Shown here piece by piece: positions 10,901 to 24,872 of a DNA stretch of 64,000 nucleotides. The stretch spans positions 806,001 to 870,000 of the forward strand of contig CAJFCJ010000025.1 in assembly GCA_904063045.1 (NCBI GenBank). Direction: 5' to 3'. Made by a program: the position numbers and the translations under genes. The notes beneath the pieces were generated by a model. The model was not told where the DNA came from. It saw only the letters and a list, made by a program, of their open reading frames with translations, and ran no database searches. The DNA is from Dimorphilus gyrociliatus. Its lineage: Eukaryota; Animalia; Annelida. Position 1 is the first letter of the stretch; each line of letters opens with the position of its first letter.

Positions 10901-13900
10901 TTCTAAACATTCGATCATCAATAATTGTTTTTTATAAAAAAAGAACAAGAGTTAAGTAAGATCCAGAAGAGACGCCTTTCGTGATGTCAATCTTTTTTTA
11001 GTACTGCATTAAAATATTAGGTTGCGTAAATAGCAATTTAAAAAAAAAACACTCGAAAGAAGTCTAGCCTCTTTTTAAGAAGAATGAAAAGGAAAAGATA
11101 AAAATTCATTTAACATCCTTTATTTGAGTACTTACCACCCAAGGCCTATCCAAGAATAGGTAACAACTATGTAAAGAGTTAACAGCAGCCACTGCACCAT
11201 AATTTAAACCGATGATTAAATTTCGCCAATCTGTGTGAGCATCTCTAACATATTGCCTTATTAGGACAAAATCTGGTTTAAAACTCCTAACGACTTTTCC
11301 ACCTTGTCTTGTTGTTCTAATATCAACAACTGCTCCTTGATCCGAATAAGCAGATAAATTCAATTCTCCAAATGTGGCTTGTTCAACTCTAATATCATAA
11401 TCGTTTGGTAGTTTCTTGTTTCTAAAATATCTCGACCAGTCGGTATGTTCATCATCTATTATAAGTAAAGTTCTGCAGCGTTCCTGATAACCGGAAATGG
11501 ATAGAGAATGGCATCAGAGATGAAGAGGAAGGAGAAGTTATGAAAGACAAAAAAAGAAGAATAATATTAATAATACAATCTCAAATTAGATATTTTGTAA
11601 AGAGGAGAAAGAATATATTAGATTAGAAACGTATTTATAAGAATAATTATAATATTCTCATTGTAGATATTTTATCATTTCTACACGTTATTTCGTATAA
11701 TTAACAATATAGAGTAACTCTAGAAACCGTTAGTTATTTATTACTTGGAACAGACGTCCAACGTCCGGAATATCTTTCAGTAAAGTAAGCTTTTATACGA
11801 CAGAGATGGGCGAAATAACGAAGCTTTTTAATAGTTATCATAAGGCCTTTTTTTGTAAGAATAGTATATAACAAACCTATTGTTACCATTTCTAATTGCC
11901 AATGATAAAATAGTGCAAAAGGGAAGATGAAATGTATAAATTCAACAGAAATACTATAAATAATCATTTTGTTCTTTACTTCTATACATAATTATTTCTA
12001 TATAAATTTTCTATTTACATTATTCTATATTTATCTTATTATTAAATTATTTGTACTTTACCCACAATACTTTTTACTTAACGGGAAATAAAAAGAAATA
12101 AGCCAACCGAACGAAGTCGACGATGATAAATCGATTATACAAAGGGAAAAAAAAATAATGTGACGTCATAACTATTTATAACCATGTCGGTGTCTCCAAA
12201 TGACCGTTTCACAGTATAGGGAGAGGATATCAAATAGGCCTAAAAATTGTCCGTTCAATTTTTTTCAATGATGACGCAAAGCGTTAATAAGTCGTTGAGG
12301 AGCAAACGATATAATCGATAAATGTCAGCATTCTTTATTCAAAGTTATAAAAATGGCAATAAGAGTATAAGAGTATATTAACAAACCGTATGCTATTTTG
12401 TTGAATTTCTCTTGGGACAAAAATTGGACGACGTAAACAGCTTTTTATACGGAACAGAATTCCTTTAAATTTGTTTTACTCTGCTATTTGGTTGATGGTC
12501 TTTTCTTTTGTAAGGTCACTATCGGGCGTCATCTTATCGATAAGAAGAGTAAAGTTTGTCCTCTTTTTTTCACTCTCCCCCTCTTTCTCTGTTTCTCTTA
12601 AATTCTCTAAAGGAATATTTACTCAAGATCACTTTAAAAGAAGCTAAAAAGACAAGTTGAAAATGGCCTTAATAACACTTAAATGGGTCTTTCGCAATTT
12701 TGAGTGGGCTAGAGAGAAGAGAATTCTTCTGGGTGGTTTATTGATAGAAGCAGTGAAAAATCTGCCGGAATTCATAGAAATAAATTATATAAGGCTAGTG
12801 AAATCCCTAAGGGTAATATTCATTCTTCTGGACTATTTCACTCCAGAAGGAATTCGTCTTGTCTACATCATGTCTTTCAATACGCTATAATTAATATCTA
12901 AGTTAAAGTCTGTACCATTAACTTGCATATATTATTTCCTATTTATAGCAAAAAGAATATATTCAACGTAATACATTTCCTAAAAAGCACAATAACGTTG
13001 TACTTAATAAACCTAAATCTCCCTTTTTTTATCCAAAACCCTACAGATGGAGTTTTATAAAAGAAATATATATCAAAGCACTTTCATAGATGATCCATAA
13101 AATATATAGGGGAGCATGAAATAATCAATTGAAAACTGATCTTTATAAGGAATAAAATGATTGCACATGTTCTTTAGTATTTTTAATTAATTAATTAATT
13201 AATTATTAATATATGTATGTTTTCATAAATTCTATTAAAAATTAAGCTCATTAGAGAGATAGAGATAGACTGACGGGTTCGAGAGTGGTTGAAGAAAGTA
13301 AGGAATATATCCAATTGTAGAATATATAAATGAGAAGAGAGAAGATAATTTAAATATTAAAATTATGTCAATAATCCCCTGCCGCCTAATTATTCTCAAT
13401 ATCCTTTTTTTTCCTATTTCGATATAAAATTAGAAAATTTCGTTCGCCAACTAAAGATATAAAATGAATGAAAATCGGATTAAAAAGATCTGGATAATAT
13501 TGAAATATCAGCGCAATTACAGCTTTCTATCGTTCCTATTATTTCCATCCAATCATAGTTTTGGGTATTCACTCCTTATTTTTTCTATTATGGAATGTTT
13601 AGTAAAAGATAGGAATGCACTTAGTTAGGTTTTCATTTATATATATATATATAATATATATATAGTATGTAGTTTATCCTTGTAAAAGATAATTGATAAG
13701 TATAAATCCATATATGTGGAACATGTACTACAGTATATATATATAGCACATATTAATTTATACTGTATTTGTGAATAGCCATACTGTATAGGCTATATGC
13801 TATTTGTTTGTATATAAATATATATACATATATAAATATTTATATATATGTATAGATATACATATGTTCAAAAATTCTCTTTATATAAAGATATATAACT

Positions 13901-14246
13901 ACATAAAAAACTTATAATAGAAAGAACAAATGAAAAATTTACACAATACCTTATTATAAGACTGTGCAGCAGTACTAGCCGCAGTTGCAGCCCTATTTGC
14001 GGCCGATGCAGCTGCATTATAAAGCTTTTGTGTAACACTACCGAATGTTGACGGTGGATGGTTACGACTAGGACTTGTAGGCGCTGACGGAGAAGGGCCA
14101 TGTTTCTTTGGCTGAGTTGTCCAGCTAGTTCTTGACTGTCTTTGCTGCTCTTCCTCCTCGTTCTGAATGTCTTCTTGTAAGTCGCTTGATGAAAAGCGAC
14201 GTCTTAGATAAGACATTCCAGTCGAGAAATTTCTTGAAAAATTCAT
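7995..14246 (-). CDS. Syn: Synapsin, 6 coding exons, about 624 aa
   Basis: Exons 14246-13950, 11483-11136, 10169-10080, 9649-9238, 9138-8553, 8136-7995 join in frame (1875 nt). Domain A YLRRRFSSSDL; domain C LLIIDDEHTDWSRYF, SFKPDFVLIRQ, FPLIEQSYYPNHREM, NWKANTGSAMLEQI; domain E DTMKNLRKTFAGIFGDM*. Confidence 0.97.
8960..9019 (-). repeat. Coding CAG/CAA repeat: 20 consecutive glutamines in the synapsin tail
   Basis: 60 nt of ctg/ttg triplets on the + strand, between the E and K codons of synapsin exon 5. Confidence 0.95.
10547..12168. promoter_or_regulatory. Three perfect CRE palindromes (TGACGTCA) in synapsin introns
   Basis: Exact matches at 10547, 10818 and 12161, plus a TGACGCAA variant at 12272. 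Function not shown. Confidence 0.4.
10677..10702. repeat. (CT)n microsatellite in synapsin intron 2
   Basis: 13 CT units, lying between two CRE palindromes. Confidence 0.95.
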
Positions 14247-15733
14247 ATTTGCAGTTTTATTTCTCTATTTTCAGTAGAGGGTGAACAAAAAACTACTGCT
14301 ATAGCAGGCCGAACGCCATTTAGAATTGTTGATAGGCTGTGCGGCGTCTATCGATTATTCGGGCGTCTAGAGTGGCGTCTAGCGTAGATATTTAATGAAT
14401 CGTTACGTTTGGTATAGTTGATAGGCTTGATTGGTGAGGATTATGAAATAAATGCTTCAAATCTCTTCCGACAATCTCTTGGAGAAAATCGTGTAACAGG
14501 TAAAGAAGAAATGGCATCATCGGAGAGTACTTCATTACCCTTTTTAGGCTCATAACACTGCCAAAATAAGAAAAAAGTATAATGCTTTACACAATTACTA
14601 CTTCTATGCCGTAAAAACTAGACGTGTTATTATTTCAAGTAAAGTGTTTTCAGCTTTATTATAAACAACTATTATTATAAAAGTTCACTGTATTTTCTCA
14701 AGCCGTTTATAGCAAACCTTGCCAAAGATTTATATAGATATCAAACTGAATTTAGACTTGGATTGGAAATTGGGGAAACACGTGATATATGGCAACAAAG
14801 CCATTATTAATCATTTGCTTTCGAAGGAGGAAAAGGACTCTAATTAATAGGCCTAAACGCTACTAAAACATAAAAACAAGAAAATCTCTCAAGTTAAAAA
14901 AAAAACAACAAGAACAATAATAAAGATTGTCTTTCGAAAGATTTAATTAAAAAAATTCGACGCCTTTTATGATATAGAAGAAGAGTACACGGAGGGTTTT
15001 ATAGAGAATTTTCTAATAAAAATATCTAGTTATTTTTTAACCAACCGTCAGATGGCGTTCAAAAAGAGGGAAAAGGGTGGGAGGGAGGAGAGAGAAAGAT
15101 AAATAGATAGATAGATGTAGCAATATGTACATTGGAGTATGAAGTATATATTGTATTTATATCCTTTGTTTTTAACTAATATGTGGAGATTTATCTTTAT
15201 TAATCTAGAAATATTTATTCAATGATTTTATTGTCATTTTTTATAATTAATAAAAAGATATAACAAGCGAATAAACTCGAAATGATTATGAGAAGGAGAC
15301 GATGGGAGTGAGGGGTGGGAAATGGAGAGAGAATAGTAGAAGGTATTATTGAGACAATAGGGGAAAACTATGGAAGAATAATAATCTAAAGAAAGATTTT
15401 TTTCATCATATTCTTCTTTAATCTTAAATTTATCGAAGACGATTAGAAGAATCAGCAAGGAGAAAAATTATAACATTTTATCAAGGGAATAATCGCCGTT
15501 AGTCCCTCACTGTTTCTCTCTTACTTCTTTCCTTTCACGTTTCTTTTTTTCTATTTTTATTTTGTCCCCTTTATCTTCTCTTTCTTCTCAATTCCCTTCC
15601 CAAGCGTTCCTTTCAATTTCAATTTTCACTAGCAACTTGTTCGAATAGATAAATATTTTTGTAATAGAAAACAAGGAATTATAATAATAATAATAGTAAT
15701 AATAATAATCATGGAAATAGCGTCTCTAACAAG

Positions 15734-17240
15734 TCACACTCCAATCTTCTTTGACCTTCTGAAATTAAAAATATAATACCATCATTAACATGGCCGACTT
15801 TTTCAAAATGTTTAACCTTTTAAAATCTCTATTGAACTTACTTTAGAAATGGTCCTAACCATCTCTGAGCTTGATTTGGAAATCTTTTAGGTATAAGATC
15901 GATTTCTAGAGACGTTGGTATGATTTTCAATTCGCTATCGTCCTTCGTCTTCTTAACTAAGATGTAACGGCTAAAAAAGAATAGTAATTTCCATTATTAA
16001 TTTTATATAATTCATAGGCCTGGATTTTAGCCTCAGGAACGCCTAAAAAAAATCAATTACTTTTTTTTTAGTGTATGTTTGAATAATACATGAAATTTTA
16101 TAAAACGAATTCTGTTCCTTCTTGATCCCATTTTAACACGAGATTACATAATTAAACAAGAAAAGAATATAGGTAAAATAATTTAGCGGAGGAGGGGAGA
16201 AGGAACAAGGTAGAGATGAATTGTTATAAAATATTACTACTAATTAGGTCAAGGATATAAATTACTAGACTAGAGTTGTTCGTGATAGTTACGAGCCGAA
16301 GTTAGACAAAATAATGGCCATTGTAGCGTCTAAACGTTTTCTGCAATAAGTCTTTGATTTCGTTAAAGAGAACAAAGTATAAAGTGTAATAGGAAAATAG
16401 TCAAAATCCAACTGCATCAAGCGATAGAATTACGGTAGAATGAAACTAGTGGTAAATCAAAACAAACCGCCAAATCCATTTGTCTAATCGATTATCTCAA
16501 TGTTTTAAGGGAGTAAGTAAATTATGGAATATTTTACTTGCTTATTTGCATCGTTTGTAAAGCTTATTAAGGTCTTTTCGTTTTCACGAATGATTTATTA
16601 AAGTTTTATGGAAAAGAGAAAAAAAACTTACTATGTCTTATTCGGAATACTCTTTACGGAACGTTCTTGTCTCCATTTAATTCCTTCATTTGTACGAGGA
16701 TCGAATGCCGTATGGTCTTTATTGATTTCTCTATTCTTTCCAGTTTCATTTCCCCCTATTCCCCCTCCTGTAGTTTCAATTTCGTTATCTTCATCATCAT
16801 CGTCGTCGTCGTATATCAACTCTTCTTTTGTTATCTTGTACCTAAATGAATATATATAAAATTGCTTATTTTGTTTGTTTACTTTATTATAAACATAAGA
16901 TAATAAGTATCTTATAGTTATTAATTAATTTATTAATGACTTTAACCTAAAGCGTTGTTGTTTGACTAACGACGAACGATTTCTTAGCAAACTATGTCGG
17001 ACTAGGTCGGAAAATTCTTTTAACTCTTTCTCCGCTTCGGGCGTTAAATGTAAGTTGACTGATCGATAACCAGAAGATACCAAAATCCCATTTTCGTTTA
17101 TTATCATTATATCTTGATCGCTTTGAGCAAAAGCGTCAAATATTTTAGGCCTAAGGCGGTTTAATTCTCTTCCTTTTAAATTGGCTTTAACTTTACGTAG
17201 TTTTTCTTCCTTGTCTATTAGGAGTTTCTTTGCTGATCTA

Positions 17241-17279
<39 letters not shown>

Positions 17280-20200
17280 GAGGCGGGAATGGAAAAAAGA
17301 GGCTCCTTACTTTACAGAAGCTTGACTAGTAGCAATACTCAATTCGTTTCTTAACATTCTAAAAAGGTTTCTTTGCCTGACATCCCTAGATTCAACCATA
17401 CCCTTTCTTCGTCTTAAATTATCATCAATTCTTTCTTGTGTCCTTTCAACTTTTAGTTCGCGTATTGTTTTTACAATTTTACTTATTTCGAATCTTTTCA
17501 TTTCCCGTTCGTGCCAATTATCGAATTTCGTTCCAAAATTTATGTAATACTTGGAGTCTCTTTGACTGATGAAGAGAAATGATAATGTAAAAAAATTGGG
17601 TTAAGGGTAAACAAAACAAATGAATAAATTAATAGTATAACGTTGTTTTTGTTTATATAATAGGTAATGCACATATTTATAAGGATAAAGTTTATTCTTA
17701 CCCGCATAGTATATCAAATTGATTTTGGAGTTTTTCATAATCCTTCTTTAATAACTTCTGTTTAAAGTCAAAAGGAAAACAATAAGACAAAAAATTTATA
17801 TATGGGCATTTATGGTTTCCTTCAAAGGAAGCTCATTTTTTGATGCGTTCCACTTACTGATACATTATCCGTATTTCCATAAGCTATTCTGTTGGTTGGT
17901 AGTGCGCTTGCGGGCGTGTTTGGCCTTTGTTGAATTACTTGAGATTTTCTTAGTTTCTCCCTATTTAACATCAGACCTCTTTCATCTTCGGATAATCCAC
18001 TTAAGTCAGTCTCTAGTTCATCAGGAAGCCTATTTGGATATTGTTTTTTTCTTCATTAAAATAAATTCCCTCTTCCCAAGGTAAAAAGAAAGCAAAGAAA
18101 CTTTACCCTTTTGCATCAACCATAGAATCGTAATGATAAATGGAATTAATTAACTTTCTCTGAGACTCTACAAATTCCTTACTTCGAGTGAACTTAATCG
18201 TCTTCTTCTCTTGATTTTTCTCTAAGTGCTTCACTGGTTTCTTCCAGTAATTTTTCCACCAATTTAAATATTCCGTATTAAATTTTTCAACTTTTACGTC
18301 CGATTCTTCATTTTTCAATAAACTTATATCTAAACTATCAACATCAGTTTCCCATAGTCTTATTTTACCCGGTTGAACGAGTGTCTGTTCACTACCACCT
18401 TGACTTTCGGCAAGATCGGATAGCGAAAAACTTCTAAAGCTACCTCCTCCAGTTGCTCCAGATTCTGACGATTTTACGGTAGGAGTTTTAGATCTATAAA
18501 TCTTACTTTTCTCCTGAAGACACGACTTAATTCCAACATTAACATCAACCTCAGTAGTATTCTCCATATCGGGTGTTGGCGCTATTCCCGAGTCTCGTCC
18601 GTCAAAAGATAAAGCTGATGTTGCAGGTCTAGATGCGGCAGAGCTTGGAGGCACAGATCTGCCAAGAGCCGAGTCTATTTGCCTCGAAGAGGAATAGCTC
18701 GCTTTCCTGCCCTGTACAATCTCCTCTTTGACCATAGTTGGTTCGGGTTCGGGTGTATTCACAGGGGAAGTATGAAGAGAAGGCGTACCACTGGGAATCT
18801 GAGAGCAAAGGTCTTCTTCATCCTCATCACTCTCAAATATCCCTTTCATAGAGAAAGACGTTTTAGATTTAGTAGGCGAAAAATTTAATCTTTCGGCAGA
18901 CGGAACATTAATTTTCTGAGCTGATACTTTATTGTTCAAAGATTTATCGACTCTTCTAACAACTTTCGGTCTAACTGATTCCTTTTTATGAGTATTTTGA
19001 CTAGGTTTCTCAGTAGTTTGAATGGATTTTTTCCTGTTTGCTTTAGCGCTAGGGCGACTCTACGAAAAGAAATAAAAGTATTATTTATCAAATAAGTAAA
19101 ATTAAGAAAGAAAACAGCAAACTTTTGATAAATTCCTCCTAACGATTTGTTTAGTTTGTTCCAGTTCCTTTTCGTTCAATTCGAAATTGGCGTATGGCAA
19201 ATCATGAGACGAACTAAAAGAGAACGGAAAGAAAAAGGAAAAAAAACGATATATCAATATTGGTCGAACGTGACAAAATTCATAAAAAATTTCTCTTTTT
19301 TTTAAGAAATAAATATTGAATTTACAGCTAAGTTACAATTATTTTTTTTACTAGAGATTGAAAAAAAAGAGCGATATTATCCCGCCTTTTTTCAACATTC
19401 TTACAAGGATTCTTTCAGGAAATGTGTACAGATATTTAATAAAGTGCTTATAACAAATCAAGAGATAGGAAGGGCTAGAGAAAATAGACGAGGAAGAAGG
19501 AGAACCATATTATAAGTACAATTGTATGGTTCTTCCTTCCTTTTCCTAATTAAGATATTGATATAAACTATTAATAATCATAATAGGAAAAAAATCAGAA
19601 GTTTAAGCTAAAAAGTTTTAATTATTTTTTGTTTTTCAGGCTCAATTAATACAACGTTTTATCATTGTACGATTAAGATCGATAATACCATACTTTTTTG
19701 ATCCGTTTGCTCTTTTCATACTGCAATTGATTAAAAGGTAAAAACAAGAAACAAAGTAAAGCAAAATAAATAATATATACAGTATATACAAAAGCATCCT
19801 ACTACTTACAATACATATAATAGAAATGGTTAATTAATATTGTTACTTTTAATACTGTTCATCCTTTTCCTTTCTTATTATAGTATGATTACTAGAAAAT
19901 CGTATTAAATATTCTTGCGTTCTTTATAATGTATCTCTTACCTAATCATTATAGATGGTTGTACCAAAGGTCTCTTAGGTTTTGTACTTGTGCCTTTTGG
20001 TCTCTTATCAACTTTATATCCGGGTGGTTCTGTTCGATTAAATAGGCAAATGAGAAAAAGATAACATTTAATATTACAAACGATGTACTTATTCGTATTT
20101 TATTTAGTTCTAGTTCTTTATGTGTACTAATTATTCCAACAGACTCCTTTCCTTCCGGTTCTATTCTTCTCGAAGCAGCTTTCGACGTACCTTCCTCAGC

Positions 20201-23200
20201 CGTTTCTTCCACCTTTTTATTTGTTTATTATTACTTATAACAGTTGATATTTTATGTCTATTTCATACTTTACCTCATCCTTTTTGTCTAATTCATTCTC
20301 ATTCTCTCCACCTTCCACGTTCGGTTGAGGTGTCGTCGAGGGAGTAACGCCAAAGTGAGGCATAGAAGGCCAAGCATCATCTACGTGTTGATACCACTTT
20401 GAACCGTGTTCAATTAGGGATTGATTGTCTAAAATTATTTCCAAAGACGCGTTAAAAGTTAATATTCAATAGTATTTATAAATACGATAATATTTAATAT
20501 TTATACAGTTTATACAGTCTATTTAGATTTATAGTTTACCAGTTTTATGTTCCATCAAACTATAGTCGACATTTGCTAAATCCGTCATGGATGATGTAGT
20601 TGACATGAAAATTTCAGTTGGAGCATTTTCGTCACTTTCGTATTCACTTTCGATAATAGTCGATTCCTTTATTAGATTAAAAGAGGAATAGAATTATAAA
20701 ATGTATAAATTTATATAACTCTATAATCTCTTAGTAAAGCTAGCAACGTACTTCATCCTCTACAACAACAGGCTCTTCTTTTTTGAATGGGATAACTTTT
20801 CCCAGTAAAAAATCATTGGTCAATTGAAGTTCGGGATAGGGTACCTGTTATCTCGTTAAAAATAATAACGAACTAATTAATAAAAGAAACGGAAAGGAAG
20901 AAAGAGAGAAATTAGTGCTTTGCCCTTACAAGATATAAATCCATATCTTCTGAATGAACATTAGCATCGTGCCAATCGGGATCTTCATAGATAAACGATT
21001 CTGTTGACGAATAATTTTATTATCTATATAAACTATAGACAAACTTAATGCCTCTAAAAGAACGTAATAATAGTGTTATTATAATAAAAAGATGCATGCC
21101 CTTTTGCATTAATCAATCGTGCTAAAACTCTATTTCAAGCCTTGACAAACAAGAAGTGATATTGTTTGCAACTTCTCAGCTGCCTTTAAATTATAACGAA
21201 ACCTGGATCATGCAGTTTTAGCTTCTTATTAGTCTTATATCTTTCTTTATCTACTCATTTTAGCACACTATTTTCTTCGTTTATTATTATTATAAGAATT
21301 GTAGACAAATGGGAAAATGTGACTTGTGCAGATACTCAAATATTAATTTGTAAAACAAACAAGCAGAGAGAAAAACATCCAGCCAGAGTCATAGGCCTAT
21401 TTAAATCATGCTTGTTTTTGCAGATGATAATATATACAGTATGTATACGCATATATAATATGATATACTGTCAATACAATATGTAAGAATGCTATATTTT
21501 ATATAAGAAAATAAGAAAATCTACGTAATCTAATCGAACCTTTCCGTATTATCCATAAATTAAATCTTTCATAGGCTTAATTACAAATAAATGTCTTTTT
21601 TGGAATAGGAAAATTTTGCTTTGTAATATAAATACCTTAAATAAATAAGATATACAAAATTTCAATACAAACCGGTCTCATTGGGCAAGGCGTCTAATTG
21701 GCTCTTGGATGATATTAATGAACATATTTTTGTATGATGTATTAGGAATAAATGATTTTTCCATCCAATTAAAACATCTCCAAAGTTATTTAGAAATGCT
21801 GAAGCAGTTAATGGCGTCTCTAAATTTATCTATTAATTAGTTAATTAACGGATTATTCAATATTTAGTCACTAAGAAGAAAAGATGGAACCTCTGTTATC
21901 AAAACTTTTTCTTCTAGCCATATTTTAAGTACGCCATCTATCGATGATGATAAGTATATATTTTCTTTCATACAAGAGTCCACCGATGTAACAGGTGTTA
22001 AATGATCAGGTTTGAAAGTTGCTCTTGAAATTTTCCCTTCGTCATTTAAAACTGTGAAACGAAAAGGGCAAATATAGTAAAAACCCATTTTTAATCTATT
22101 AGTAATAAATTGCTTTAATACATGATGGGGGCATTCTCTGTAGATCATTATCAAGAACCTTTAACTTTTCGTAGACTGTTAAACCAACTTGAAAGCCCAT
22201 CATTATAGAGTTTTCCTTTAAGAGCAACGTAATAAAGAAAATTTGAATGATTTCTTATGAATTATTTAAATTAAAGAACTTACTAAGACCGCAAATTGAG
22301 TTAGATCAGTTGGAGCGTAAACTTCATTCATTAGCTGTAAACTTGGCAAAGACCATATTTGAATAATGATGCACGTTCGGCCATTACATTTGACTAACAA
22401 ACGATTATGATATTGATCATGCTTTAATCCCGTAATAGCTTCCTAACAAAAGTTAATTTTAATAAGATAAAAGCTTTGTTGTGTATTGCTATTGTTATTA
22501 CCTTATGGGCTTGTAATTCTGCGTGCTTGAATCCTTTTTTCAATGGATCCATAAACAAGATTCTACCATCTCTTAAGCCGGCAATTACAAAGTGACCTTC
22601 TATACTTGATACTAGCCCTTCATCGGCCATTGCCTCTATATGAGATGATAAATAGCTTAAACATTCGACATTTTCGGGAGAGTTATTCATTCTACTTTCA
22701 CAAACAGCTGTATAAGTTAAAATTTGATTTTTAGCCCCTCTCCTCTTTGTTACTGCATTATTTTGTGCTTTTTGAACATCAATTAAGTTCCACTCAGTCA
22801 ATTTACAAGACGGATTTGTTTTGGTCGTATACAACCATGCATGCTTGCTATCTATTTGAGCATAGACGACATTCTGTTGTCTATTATAACAAGCTGTTTG
22901 CAGGAAGTTTAGCGGTGATATGTTGGGTGGGGGAAGAATTGTTGAGAGATTTTTTCTATTCTGCTGTCCAATAATTCTCATGCTAGAATCTTCGCCAATG
23001 CAAAAAATTCTGTTAGTCTTTTGACCCTGACCTTGCACTAAATTAATCGATACTATAGGGCATCTAGTTACTGAAAAAAATGTCGCCGTATTGTTCATAT
23101 TCCAAACATTAACGACTTTTTCCGTTACGCTAAATAGTTGCGATGTATTCTCAATTAAGCCAAGCCAAACAATTCCCTCTGAACTGGCAGTTAGTGTATA

Positions 23201-24872
23201 GAGATGTTCAAAAATGTGCAAAGACCAAACTCTGATGGAACCATCCAAAGAGGAAGTAATTAGAATTGCGTCGTCATCTGGTTGATTGACAATTGCTGTT
23301 ATGGCACCGGCATGGCCTCTAAATGTATGTACGTGACTTCCCTGCGTATTCCAGATTTTTACTACGGGGAGAGGAAATTAAAAGAGTTTCAATAAGGGAA
23401 TTATAAAGCAAGAAGGGAAGGGATTAGTACCTGTACAATCAACAGAGGTTGTCGCCATTAGATTAACCTCCGCTGAATAAACGCAGCTTGTGATAAGTAA
23501 ATCGTGAGCTCTAATATTAAATAATAAAACCTTTATTAATTACTTTTCAAGGTATTATTTTTCCATATATAGGCCTAAACTACCAACCTTTCAATGCTAA
23601 ATTTCATTCTTTTCTGGAAATCGTAAACGAATAAATCACTATCTGTAGCACCATACATGAGTTGCTGTTTGTAATTAATTTGCAACATCTTGATCCATGA
23701 ATCTCCGAAAGGATTTTTCAAAATTCCTTTCGATACAAGACCGTAATTTATCATAGGCTTAAGAACGTCTATTTTATTCGTAGGCTGAATTTGATCATAC
23801 TTCCATATCTAAGATATAAACAAACAAATAAATGAATAATAAAAAAAGGGAAATTGATTTAATAAGATTTTATCTAGTACAAAGAACCTTAATCCCTTCT
23901 ACGCTTCCGGTAAGTAACTCATCAGTCTCTCTATTAAATTTAATAAACATAATTGATGTCATTTCGCAATCAACAAGAAAAGTCTCTTCAAAGTTTCCAT
24001 TTAGAACCATAAGGTTATAATTTTTCTTCAATATAAAGTAGACGTTAAACTTCTTAACATAAAGCATCTGCTTTACTACTTTGTATTCGTATTTTGGGAA
24101 ATCGTAAACCTTAACGGCTGAAAGTGAAAGTATTATATAACAGGGGAGGGTTATTCGTAATTTGTCATTCTAATTATTACCCGAATCGGACACATCAGCG
24201 TAATCCCATGTCCATATTGCGCTGCCTCCAGCAATAACTAATTTTTTCGTTCTTCCATTGAAAGTGACTAAAATAGTTGAACAAGTGAAACAAAAAGGCG
24301 GTATAGTTACTTTGTTGTAGGTGCTAATTACTTAATTAAGGAGAATAATGACTTACTGGCGGAAATGCAGCAATCTTTAGAGGCATGATCTAAGCTTTTC
24401 ACCGCTTGGAAACCGGAAGGAATGAATGTAAAGTTTTCTGACGTGTGTACATCGTTTAACGAACTTGAAGAAGTTTGCCCAGTATCTGCCGTCTGTATAT
24501 TTTTTTATAAAGATCAAGGTCATGTTACATTACATGAGCAATTGTTTGATATGCTCCTTTATAAGACATTCTGTAAATAAAGGCAGAGGACTTTGTGTAC
24601 TAATAAAAGCTTCAAAGTGTAATCTACAGTGTGCTGTTCGTGCTTAAGGATATATCTTAGATACTCTACGCAATCTATAAATTGAATATTACTTATCTAT
24701 TTAAAACGTAGAGATGAATTTCTAAGAAATTAATAATCAAGTATCTTACCAATTCAGAATTTCTTGATACTATTGAATTTGATCTTGTTGAGAATGTTTC
24801 ACTATCAAAATGTTGTTGTTGTGGTTGTTGTCCTTTTATTTCTTCTTCGTTTAGTGTTAAATTTGAACTCAT
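15734..24872 (-). CDS. Large multi-exon WD40-repeat protein with a long charged, low-complexity C-terminal half (WDR87/WDR97-like by impression)
   Basis: About 20 short-intron exons. WD repeats include VKIWNTQGSHVHTFRGHAGAITAIV...LITSSLDGSIRVWSL and YLSSSIDGVLKIWLE. Start MSSNLTLNEEE at 24872. Exon phases are resolved down to about 17850; junctions 3' of that and the stop position (15734 vs 16631) are uncertain. Confidence 0.8.
17240..17278. repeat. (ATT)n microsatellite inside a short WD40-gene intron
   Basis: Perfect trinucleotide run ending just before the minus-strand acceptor. Confidence 0.9.

Noticed and set aside
13276-13286. GGTTCGA, resembling a tRNA T-loop/B box
   Set aside because: No closing CC, no A box and no cloverleaf in the flanks.
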